From Geosiphon pyriformis uo1 (Eukaryota > Fungi > Glomeromycota), in contig JAAOMT010000295.1 in assembly GCA_016748015.1 (NCBI GenBank), positions 248,001-312,000 of the forward strand: 64,000 nucleotides of DNA. Direction: 5' to 3'. Both the position numbers and the translations under genes were made by a program. Below are positions 37,106 through 49,500 of this stretch, piece by piece. A model generated the notes under the pieces. That model saw only the letters and a list, made by a program, of their open reading frames with translations, did no database searches and was not told the origin of the DNA. How positions within the stretch are numbered: the first letter of the stretch is position 1; every line of letters begins with the position of its first letter.

Positions 37106-39199
37106 CTCACCTAAAAATTGTGAAGGAACAAGGAACTGGATGAAGGGGAACGACCGCTTTCGTAAGAAATTAAGCAAGGCTCTCCTCAGTTTCCCTGTGA
37201 AGAGTGTAAACAAGTCTCCTTCTTTTGTTCTGATGAATGAGAAACACACTTCCTCAAGAGAGGTAAGTTTCGTTTAGAGTAATAATTTCTTGCGTTTATA
37301 ATACGGGTTTGACTGTTGCGCGCTTTTGAACCAGGCCTGCTACGAAAATTCTATAGCAAAATGACAGAATAATATCAGTGATGGTCGGTGGTCTTTTTTT
37401 GTGTCTCCTCACCCTTTAACCGTGGCGTTGACATCGGATGACGTAACATCCATAACTGATGGTTAATCACGGGTAGTACATTTGCAAAGAAATATGGGTT
37501 TTAAATCAGAATGTTATTTAAAATAAAGCTGTCTCATTTCAAGTAGTGATAAAACTTTGGTATCCACTTAACTTGTTTAAAACTACATGTCCAAAACCTG
37601 CTATTTTTTTAAATATTTTTCGCATTGATTTAAATTGTCAAATTAATACATATTCAATTTTGAATAATTTACTTTTAATATCTAACCTAAGCGTTTTACA
37701 TTAAATTTGATTAATTCAAATAAACTTATTATTAATCAAAAAAAATTATCTATTTACTTGGTAATTTGTGAATTTTATATTTTATAATAAACTATAATTA
37801 AAAAGTGGTTTTTAATTATCTTTGTAATTATAAAATAATATTTAATTTTATTCGAAATTTAAAAATATTGTAATATTATACTGTTATTAATTACTTAAGT
37901 TAATTGAACCTATTTTTATACTACATAAACAAATTTTTTACCAAATACCAAATTTAAAATTTCTGATTAATTATATTTAAAATGAGTATATTATTTATGC
38001 TAAACTTTTTGTTTTCATAAAACTTAAAAGGTCCAATTAAAAGATATTTATTCAAAAATTTTAATTTTAATTTGTTAATTTGTTTTATTAGATTAATATA
38101 AACAAAATAGTTATTATTAATTAAACTGTATTATTTATAAAAATTTACATTTGTTTATAATATATTACCAAAATATGTAAACCAATTTTACTATTTTTTT
38201 AATTAATTAAGCATTTTAAAAATTTATTATTTTAATTTTTAAAAACAAGTTTTTTAACCAAATTATAATAAATCTTTTTTTTTGTAATTTTATAATTATA
38301 ATTAAAACAAGAAGTAAAAAAAAGCAACTATTATTGTTTTGTAATTAATATTATTATTATTATTTAAAAAATACTTTAATAATAAAATCACTATTTTTGT
38401 TTTTAATTAAGAATTTTTTTAAAAGTTATTTTAAAACAATTTTAACAATATTATTATTATTATTATTATTAAAACATTAATTTTTTATATTTTTTGGTAA
38501 TTTTATCAATATTATATTATAAGTATTAATTATAATGTTTAGTTTTATTAATAATAAACAATAATTTTTTGGTTTTAAATAATAGTAATAATAATAATAC
38601 ATTTGTTAAATTTGGTTTAAATTAATGTTTAACTGTATTATTTAATACAAATAACTTTAATTAATTTTTATTAATTTTAAAAACAAAACAAATATGTTTT
38701 AATATGTAATTTATTTAATTATAAAAATTAAATTAATAAAATAAAAACCAAATATTTTTTTAAATATTATAAAAATAAATTTTTAATATATAAATACTGT
38801 TATTAAACAAAAATATAAATTTTTTATACATAAAATTACAATATATATTATAAAAATTATTATGTTAATTTAACAAAATTAGTTGGCAATAAAAAAATAA
38901 GATTAGTAATTAGTTTAAATATAATTAAAAATATAATATAATTTAACTTTTAAAAAAATAATAATTAATAAACTTATAATTAAATAAACTTAATCTTAAA
39001 AGTCTAATATTTTATTAATTTATTATTATTACTTAATTTTTTTAATAGAAATTTACTTTTTATTTTTTTTTTTATTAAGTTTTAATAAATATAATTTAAT
39101 TACTATTTAAAAATTAAGAATAAACTAAGAATTTTAGTACTAAATATAGTTTATTTGCTTTTTACATATAACCAACTACTCAAGTTAGTTTAGATTATA

Positions 39200-41100
39200 T
39201 TATATTAACATTCTAAAAAAAAACTTACTCAAAAAAAAATATTCTTTAAACAATTTTAAATAATATAGTATTATTACTAATCAATCTAACCAGTTATTTA
39301 ATAGTTTTTAAAACATTAGTTTTAATATTAGCAGATTTATGTTTTCAAAGTAACAACAAGTTAAAAAATGTATTATTATTAATAGCAAACAAATCTACAT
39401 AAAAACCAATTATATCAATATTTTCATAGTTATATTCAGCTTTTAATACAACTATTCTCAATTTTAACTTACTAACAGTTTTACTAAAAATACCTATATA
39501 TATCAGTATTTTATTGATTTTAAGACTAAAAACACTGTTTAAAACAAGATTTTTTTTAATAAATTGTTTAAACATAATAATCAAAAAATTAACAGGTTTA
39601 ATAATAAATTTAATTAATATAGTTAATTTAGCCAAATCAGTTTTCAAAGAGGTTAATTATGAGAAAACCAAAAAATTATTAATAACTACAAAAAAAAAGC
39701 AAGAGTTACCAAAGGTAAAAATTCAGAAAAGCTTAAAAAAACAAAAGTCTTAACATAAGACTTAGTATTTACAAAACATAATATCTAAATCAGTTTAAAA
39801 TTTAAATATAATTAGAGCAAATTAGAAACAATAACCAGAATTAGAAAAATAAAAAATAAAACATGTTTGATTACTAATTTAAAAGATTATATTACTAATT
39901 TTAAAAATAGTACAGTCAAAAAAAAGATTAATCAACTTGGTTTTTAACTTATTATAAAACAAAATAGTCTTATTTTGATTTACTAAAAAAAAAATCCTAA
40001 TATTATTTTTGTTTACAAAAATAGACTAATAACCAAAAGCAAATATAACAACATCTAATTTTTTAAAATATACAATCATGTACTATCAAATACCAATAAG
40101 CTTTAGTACAATATGAGCAATTTCATTAAAGACATTAAATATTATCTTAATATTAACAGTAAATATATCCAAAAACATATTATACAGTATAATAGCAGCA
40201 GAAAAGGAACCAAATTTAGAAATTACCAAAGATTTGGCAATTTTAAAGATGATCAAATAAACAAAACTTGTAAGTTTAATCAGAAATACAACTTTTAAAA
40301 ACTTTTAAAAAGCAAATTCTACACAAAAAAGCTTTATATTGTCTTTTAATACTAATTTTACATACAAAAAATCATATATTAACTAAAAAATAGCCTTAAC
40401 ATAAGCTAATTTAATCTTAAAATAGTATTAAACATTAGAATAAAAATTATTTATTCAGTAAATTTTTAACAACTAGAAATAATTTTTTAAGTACTACTAA
40501 TAGCAATACTAAAAACCAGCAAAAAAAATGCTTTAGTTTTTATTTGGTTAGTCCAATTCCTAAAAACAAATAATCTAACAGAACATTATTGTTTTGCTTT
40601 TAAAACCAACAATGATTTATTAAAAAATACCACATTTGGCAAAAAAGACAATAGTTAATCTTGGCCTATCTTAGATAATAAACTAAATAATACAATAGAA
40701 ATTTTATTTAAGATCTTATTAAAAATTACTAAGAAGTTCAATATAAGAATAGCAAAAACAAACAACTGCTTTTATTTTTTTAAATTTTTGGTTTTTTTAA
40801 TCATTTTTTTAAAGAGGTAATATTAGTAATACCAAATATAAAAACTATAATAAAGAAAACCAACTTGTTGATTAATTTGTTATTAAATATTTTTGGACTT
40901 TTAAAAAAATAAAAACAACACTAAAACTGATTCAAATATGTTTTTTTGAAAGAATTTTAACCAGTAAAAAACCAGTTAAAGAAGAAAAAAATAATATAAT
41001 AGCTTCTAAAAACAGCTTTTTACTATCACTAATTAAAAGAAAAGCTTTTAAGATATTTTGTTTAGCTGTTTTTACAATAGAAAAAACTTTTGTAAAATAC
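39200..41100 (-). mobile_element. Heavily degraded LINE ORF1-like relic
   Basis: The minus-strand peptide DLAKLTILIKFIIKPVNFL...KINKILIYIGIFSKTVSKL resembles LINE ORF1 C-termini of this lineage (recollection); a degenerate knuckle lies at ~39915-39960. Confidence 0.45.
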
Positions 41101-41931
41101 CAAAAAAAATACCAGTTGCAGTTTTTTTATTTTTTGTTTTGGTTATAATTATAAAATTAAAAAAACAAAAAAAATTTTTTTTCTTTTTAAATATGGTTTT
41201 TTTTAATAAAATATACTCAATTTTAATAATTTATTAATAATTAAAAAAAATTTAATAAAAACACAACTGCTAATTATTATTATTTTTATAGATAATTTAT
41301 TAAAAAAATTAAGATTTTGTAATATTATTTGTAAAACTATTATATATTTTAATAATTTGAATTCAAATATTGGTATTTAAGTTTTTGAATTAATGTTATT
41401 GATACTTGTTAAATTATAGATTATTGTTTTAGTTCTTAAATATATCTTTTTTTTGATATAATTACTATTTATTTAGATAATTAGGCTATTATTAGTGCTT
41501 ATGTTTTAGAGCTTAATTTGTATAAATTTAATGTTTACAATAATTATTGAATTTAAAAAAAACAAAATTTTAATTTTATTTATAATAAAAACATATTAGA
41601 TATAATTTAAGATTAAAAAATATTTAGATATAATTAGTAATATAATTACTAATAAATTGGTTTGTATTGTTATCTTATCTTTGTTTTTTTTTATTTTAAT
41701 TAAATAATATTATCTTTAAGTCGAAATTATGACTATATTATACAATGTTTGTTATTTTATTTGCTAAGTTTATAATTTAATTAAAAATACTAATTGAAAA
41801 ATAAGTTTTAATATTAATATAATTCCTTATAATATAATTAATAGTATTAATTAGTATTATATATTAATAATATAACAATTAGATTCAAATATATGCTTGG
41901 ACTTTACTAATAAATATATTATTATATATGT

Positions 41932-44900
41932 TGTTATTTATAAAAAAAAGAAGTAAAAAAAACAGATAATAAAAATAGGCCAGAGAAATAGTATTCAATG
42001 AGTAAATACATTGTCAGAAAATTATGACACATTGCTTAACAATAAGCATATTATCAGAAAATTATGACATATTGTACAGCAATAAACATATTATTAAAAA
42101 AATTATAGTATATTGCTTAAGAATGTGTAAAATTTTGTATAATGAGAATTATGTATATATAGCAAAAATATTAGAAGCAAAAAAACAGATTAGTTTAGAA
42201 CAACAATACTTCTTTTTTTTAAAAATAGTTTTCTATAACTTGAAATAAAATTATATTAATATCAATAAAATTATTTATTATTATCCAATCTATATTATTA
42301 TTACTTAATTAAGAAATATTAATTAATTTTACACTATTAATATTTTATGTTAATAGAATTCAATACTTAATCACACTAAACTAATAGCTTTTGATTATGA
42401 CTATTAATAAAATACCAATTTTTTATTTTTTTATTTTTTTTTATTTTTTTTATTTTGTTTTCTTTGTTGTTTACTAATTAATTAAAAAAATTAAGTCTTA
42501 AGTAATTAATTTTAAAAATAGCCTAATAAAAAACCTAAAAACAAGAATAAAAACTTAAGAATAGCTTACCAGAAAAATATGACTATTAGAATAAACTGGC
42601 TATCATATTAAAAAAAAAAATTCACAAAAGAAATCATCAATTAAATCTTTGTCTATTATACAAAAAACTTAACCAAAATCTTCAAACTTTAAAATCTTTG
42701 GAAATTATTATTATTAACAGTTATTGAGCACCAAGTTACAAATTTGTTATTTGTTTTAATATTCTAACTAATTACCTGTAATATTTGGTGCTTTCTGTGA
42801 GATATAATCTAACAAAGAACCAGTACTAACATTAATTATCTAAAAAAGTGACAGAATTAGAAGTAACAAAAACAAACTATTTAGAATTTGCCAAATCTTT
42901 ATTTTAACATTACCAAACTCATCTTAAACTGACAAGTAACTATTAGCCAGCAAAATCAGCTTTCAACTTCTATATTAACAAAAAAATTAAATTCTACTTA
43001 AGAGACTAAAGAGATCCAAAAGTCATTTTTAAAAATTTTTATAGTGAATTATTTCAAAACATTATGCTTTCACAAAATTATTTGTTTGCCCTACTAATTA
43101 CAGAGATAAATCAAAAAATTGACATCCAACAGAAATTTTTTATTACTTTTACAGACAAAAATAAAAAAATTACAAACTTTAGCAAAAATACTAAAAAAAA
43201 TACAACTGCTTACTTAGAAGAAACCAAAAATTATTTTACCTATTTATCTGTTTTATTATCATACACTAAAAAGTATTATATACACACTATTCAAATTCAC
43301 ATCAATATTGATTGTGAAAATACTATTATCATAAGTACTATTCCAAAATAACCAAAAAAAACCAAATTATTAAGAATCTATGATGATTTTTTTAAAGAAT
43401 TTAAATTATAACCAACAATCTCATCAGAATTTTAATTATCACCACTCCAACCAAATTTTGAATCTGCCAATAACTGAACAGACACCAATTCAGAAAAAAA
43501 AAATAATAATAATTAGAAAAATAATAACCAAAATCTGATTCTAAATAACTTAAAAATCCAAACTCTGATTGTTCAAATCTATTCAAACTTAAACAATCCA
43601 AACCCAGCTTTTATTTTTTCAGAAAACTTACTTTTAATTATTTTAATTAATTCACTATTAATAGTATCAATTGCCACTTAATAACAGTCACAACAACAAC
43701 AACTTACACAAATAGTCTATATATTAATTGCTAAGCTTGAAAAATTTATTCATAAAAAAAAATATATCTAAGCATAGCTGAATGATATAACAAAAGCCAT
43801 TGCAGCCAATAGATAGAATAACACCAAAATACTTCAAGCCATCTTATACTTTTTTCAGAATACTATTAATTCATAGTATTAGAGTCTAGTCAACAAACTA
43901 TAAATTTTTAATGTATTTAAAACTATATTTCTATAATATTTTAGTAATTACAACAATATTAATTAGTTATTAACTAGTTTTACCACTATTAAACAAAATA
44001 ATACTAAAACAGTCACCACATATCTGAAATATTTCTGTCAAAATTTGCACTAAATTCAGGCAATTGAAGCTAACTACTTTATAGTATTACAGATCTTGAA
44101 TTAATTTATTCATGAATTATGCAACAGTTTATTATAACAAGTATGTTTAATATACTTAAATACTTTTTAAGATGCAGTTACCTATATCAGAGATTTTGAA
44201 TTAACCAAACTTAAAACCAATCATATGTAAACTGTAAATTTAATTATGAATAAATTATCTAAATTGAATTCTAAACTAAAACAATTTAGTGATTCAATTA
44301 ACCAAAAGTTAAAAGAATACTTAATTAACCATTAAGTTATCTATTAATCTCTCCAATATTATAAAAATTAAGAAAACTTTAATCATTTTCAAAATTAATT
44401 ATGGTAGCAAAAAATATGTAATTGCTATTACTATAGTAAACAAAGCTATTTAAAAGCAGATTGCCATTACAAATCTAATAACTCACAATTAAGAAACCAA
44501 TATAAAAATCTTGATTATAGATTTCAAACCAGAACTATGTTAATAATTCATCATGAAAATCATATCAATCTTATTATACACCAATAATACAATAATTAAC
44601 ATACTTATCTCTTATTTATCAAACTCTAATATTAGTAATATATTAACTACAGCCACAAATAATTTATTAATCCTAATAAATTTAAGTACCATTCCAAAAT
44701 ACTGTGTCAATATTAACTAAAAATCCAAGACCAAGAATCATTTACATCCAACAAAATTAAAAATTGGCAATAATTATGTATTAACCAATTCTCAGTTTAT
44801 TAAACCAGTCATTAAAATTATGTTTAAAAAATTTAAGAAATAAGTACACTTAAAATTCGAATTTTCAGAGCTATTTAAATTTCTTGATTACTTCAGAAAA

Positions 44901-45628
44901 TGCTCAATTTAACAATTTAAAACAGTCAAAACAACTACTTACTAATAATATTTTACCAGCAATAGTCACCAAAAATGAATTACTAATCACTATCTTCCTA
45001 TTTGAATTAAAAAATTAATCAAAAACTCTGTTATTTAATGAAACCACTCTTAATACCAAAACCTATTACTGCCATATATACTGATGCCAAAGTCAATAGC
45101 CAATGTATTAAGCTAATTCTTAATAGTAGATTAATAGACAGCATTATCACATAACAATTTATGAACCAATTAAATTACCAAGTTAATTATACTACTAATG
45201 TCAGAATTATTACAGCCAATAAAACAATCAAGACTTCTATTAATGAAATCAACAACTTTTTTTTTTGAAATCAATAGTATTATTGTATTTATTAAAATTC
45301 TTGTCATGGAAGCCACACAATACTAAGCTTTTATTAGTAATAACTAGCTGTTTAAGACTAATGTTGTGCTTAACTAAAATATTCAAGAGCTACAGCTTAA
45401 TTAAAATGGTTAGCATATTTGAATACTAGCTATTTGTAGTCACTTTAAAACAACCCAATTACAATCATTAATAAAATTTAAGAAAGAAATAAACAAACTG
45501 ACTTAAAAAGCCTATTAAGTTTTATGGACTGAAAACAATTACAACAAACTATTATTAATACTCTCTTAAAATAACAAGAGAACAAATCTTAAGCCACTGT
45601 CATTGAAAACACAGCCAGCAGTTAACAT
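41932..45628 (+). mobile_element. Degenerate Gypsy element B: LTR 41932-42783, PBS, gag, zinc knuckle, protease; truncated
   Basis: The LTR ends cctgtaata and is followed by TGGTGCTTTCTGTGAG (42786). Gag IAKLEKF...WLND..KAI.AN.W...LQAI.YF ~43725; knuckle ~44420; protease YTDAKVN..IKLIL(D)S ~45080. Confidence 0.85.
42009..42125 (+). repeat. ~40-bp tandem repeat, 3 copies, inside LTR B1
   Basis: cattgtcagaaaattatgacacattgcttaacaataagca / tattatcagaaaattatgacatattgtacagcaataaaca / a third, more degraded copy. Confidence 0.75.
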
Positions 45629-46559
45629 TGTTACTTATAGAAATTAGGAATATTATAGTAAGAGAAATAGCCAATTAGAAATAGATATAGTAACAGAAGA
45701 ATTTCAGAATTTTTTTGAAGAAATTGCAGGATTCCAGAATTTCAAAATACCAAAATTTTTTACTTAGAATTGTAGAATCCCAAAATTCCAAATTTCAGGA
45801 TTTTTTTGAAGGAATTACAAGATTTCAGGAATCTTATATAATACTAATTATATATATATAGCAGTAGTATTAGAAGTAAAAAAAGCATTCAATTTAGTTT
45901 TGATTTAACTTCTTTTTTCTTATCTATTAATTAATCTTTACTTTTCAGATAGTTATTATTAACCAAAAGGAATTCACCAAAATATTCAATAAACATACTT
46001 ATTATCATTCAATCCATGTTATTGTTGTTTAATTAAAAATCTTTATAACTTATCTGTTATCAACACTCTATATTAATAACATTCAATACTTAACTACATA
46101 AAAACAATAGTTTTTAATCATAACTATTGATAGAATACTAATTTCTTATTTTTTTTCATTTTCTTTTATTTTCTTTTATTTTCTTTTGTTGTTTGTTGAT
46201 TTACTAACTGATTAAAAAAATTAAGTACTAAATAATTAATGTCAAAGATAGCTTGATAAAAAACCCAAAAATAAGAATATAGAAATCGAAAATTAAAAAT
46301 AATTTACCAAAAGAGCATAACTGCCAGAATAAACTGGCCACCATGCTGAAAAAAAAAATTTAATGAAATAATTATTTCAAGAAACTACTGAACAACTATA
46401 GAATCTCTGTTTATTATACAAAAGACTCTACCAAAACTTTCAGATACTAAAACCTTCAGATATGAAAATTTTTAGATATTATCCAATACTACCCAACTAT
46501 TAAGCATCAAATTATGGATTTATTATTTGTTTTAACATCCCAAATAATTACTTATAATA
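45629..46559 (+). mobile_element. Family-B LTR
   Basis: Starts tgttac and ends ttataata; 3' half aligns to 42250-42783; carries an internal GAATTYC-type short-repeat array. Confidence 0.8.
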
Positions 46560-46599
46560 TTAGTCAGATGCTCTTAGCATAAAATGTTTTGGACTATTA

Positions 46600-49500
46600 A
46601 TGACTTGAACTAATTGTTCTTGATTATGACAATTAACAATACTAATTTCTTTTTTTTCAAGTTTTATTTTATTTTATTTTTATTTTTATTTTTATTTTTA
46701 TTTTTTTTATTTTTTTGTAAAGTGACAACATAGAAAAAATTAACTGTCTAAAAATAGACTTTATAATAGCCTGGTAAAAAAGAGAAGCTCTCCTTAAAAT
46801 TGGATATTAATATTATCTTATTAATTTACCAGAAGGGCAAAAAGACATTATCAAATTCTAATAATTATACTTAATTAGCTTAGAAAAAATAGCTTACATA
46901 TATAAGTTACAATACTACAAAACCATAACTTTGTGTTTTATAACCAAAAAACTTTACAAGTAAATTCATATCTATTAAGAGATCTTTAGAAATTAATAAT
47001 ATTAACATATTATACAAGTCTACAAAAAAAACTTTTAAGCTTTTTTTATTCAAATTTAGAACAACAAATATTATTATCATACCCTATTAAGTTTACTTGT
47101 AATATTTGGTGTTTTTTGTAAAATTATAAAATTCACAAAGACAGAACACTCTATAAATTCACAAAAGTGGCAACTATTAAGACCATAAAAAAAATCACTC
47201 ACTGTATAAAAAAGTATTATTTTAATACTTTAGAAAAAACTTAGGAATACTATTAAAAACTATTACTATAAAAAATAATTATTATTATTATTTACATGTC
47301 AAGATTGACTATTTATTAGACCAAACAACAAACACAAAAAAATTCAAAGAACAAATTCATCAAAAATTATTAACATAGTTAACAACAACTACTATTACCT
47401 GAATCATAGCTAAAACTTTTTGTATAATTAATAAAGAAATTGAAAAATACACAGCAAAACAGTACTTTTAAGTAAAAAGAAAACAACTAGCAAAATCTAA
47501 CTTTAAAAAATCCAAGTCCAAATTTAATAATACAACAGTTGCATAAAAAAAATCTTAACTCACAATGTTATAGATAATTATTTGGAGTGTTAAAACAAAT
47601 AACAAATCCATAACTTAGTGCTCACTAGCTGAAAATATTGGTAATTTTTAAAGATTTTGAAGTCTAAAAGTTTTGATTAAGTTTTTTGTATAATAAACAG
47701 AGATTCAATTAATGGTTTTTTCTGTGAATTTTTTTCTTCAGCATAGTGACCAGTTTATTTTGGCAGTTATGCCCTTTTGGTAAGCTATTTTTAAATTTCT
47801 ATTCTTGTTTCCAGGTCTTTTATCAGGCTATTTTTGATATCAAATACTTAGTACTTGATTTTTTTAATTAATTAGTAAACAACAAAGAAATGAAACAAAA
47901 AAAATAAAAAAAACAAGAAAAAAAAACAAGAAATTAGTATCTTGTTAATAGCTATAATCAAAAGTTATTGGTCTAGTATAGTTAAATATTGGATTTTATT
48001 AACATAAAGTATTAATAAAATAGAATAAATTAATATTTTTTTTAATCAAGTAATAATAACATGGATTGGATAATAATAAATAATTTTATTAATATGAGAA
48101 TAATTTCACTTTAAGTTATAGAAAACTATCTTTTAAAGAAAGAGATAAAAGTAAATAGTATTGCTAATTACTGTTTTGTTGAAGTTGAATCTTATTTATT
48201 TTATTATATTTTTTTGAAATTACTTTTTTTGCTTTTAATATTTTTATTAAATATATATAATTTATGTTATATAAGATTCTTTGAACTTTTGCAATTTCTT
48301 AAGAAAAATTCTGAAATTCTGAAATCCTGCAATTTTTCAAGATGAATTCTAAAATTCTGAAATTCTGAAATTCTGAAATTCTTCAAGAAAAATCCTGGAA
48401 TTTTTATTTTTACTATGCCTATTTCTAATTAGCTATTTTACTTTTTATTATAATTTTTACTTTTTATGAGTAACAATAATCAATAAAAAATTAAGATTTC
48501 TCTTATTAACTATTTTTTTATACTATCAAACACTAGGAAATAGAATTTTATTTAACCAATTTACAGAAACACAATCAAAAACTTCAAGAACTTTCAGAAC
48601 TCTGTATTTTTAGAACTCTAATAACAATTTTTGAACCAAATTCTTAGGAAAATACAAATTATTGTTTGAGAATTTTATTTTAGTGGCCAATAAACTTGGC
48701 AGAAATACATTATCTTAAACATTATTACTAGCACTGCTCTTAACTGAATTAGCAACTATCTCTTTAGGAAAAACAGTTATCTTGCAGTCTATTGATCCAA
48801 CTTATAAAGAAAAACAATTATTCTTAAAATTCATAAAACAACTAAGTATATTATCATCAGTTTTCTTATTATTAAGAAATAAACCACTTTTTGTAACTTA
48901 AATCATGGCTTACTAAGATATTATTAGACTAAAAAAATTTTCTAGTAAAAAAAACAATGTATACATCTGAATCACAAAAGCTAAGAAAGCAATTAGTACC
49001 AATAATTGAAATGATATTAGAACAATTCAAACACTATTATTTTTTTGATAAAAACCACAGACTCATATACTAAAGTTTCAAAGAGAAATTAACTGACTTT
49101 GCTGCTTTTAAACTTGCCTTTTTACAATACTTCTGCAATTTTAATACACTTATTAGGCTATAAAATCAGTTTAATATAATAAAACAAAAAAGTCATAAAG
49201 CAGTAACCACTTATCTTGGATGGTTTAATCAAATTTTTTAATAGATACAAGTAATTAAATAAGACTATTACACCACAGAACAAATCCTCAACCAAATTAT
49301 CAAAAAATTAAGAAGCAGTATCTTATAATTCATAAAATTCAGCTACCTAACTAATTTGTAAGAAACAGTTACTCTTGTCTGTAATATTAAATCAATAAAA
49401 CAAGAAATCAATTATACTTAAATCATTAATTTGGCTATAAATAGAATCTTCAATATTAACACAAAACTTATTCAATTAAGTGAGAAATTAACTTAGAAAA

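Noticed and set aside
42009-42125. CRISPR-like periodicity
   Set aside because: Contiguous tandem repeat with no unique spacers, inside an LTR, in a eukaryotic genome.
39514-43601. Short K/I/N/F-rich ORFs in the AT block
   Set aside because: Compositional artefacts or fragments of mutated TE frames; not independent genes.
41932-46559. Intact LTR pair bounding one full element
   Set aside because: The two LTRs have different 5' arrays, there is no PPT before 45629, no shared TSD, and pol stops after the protease.
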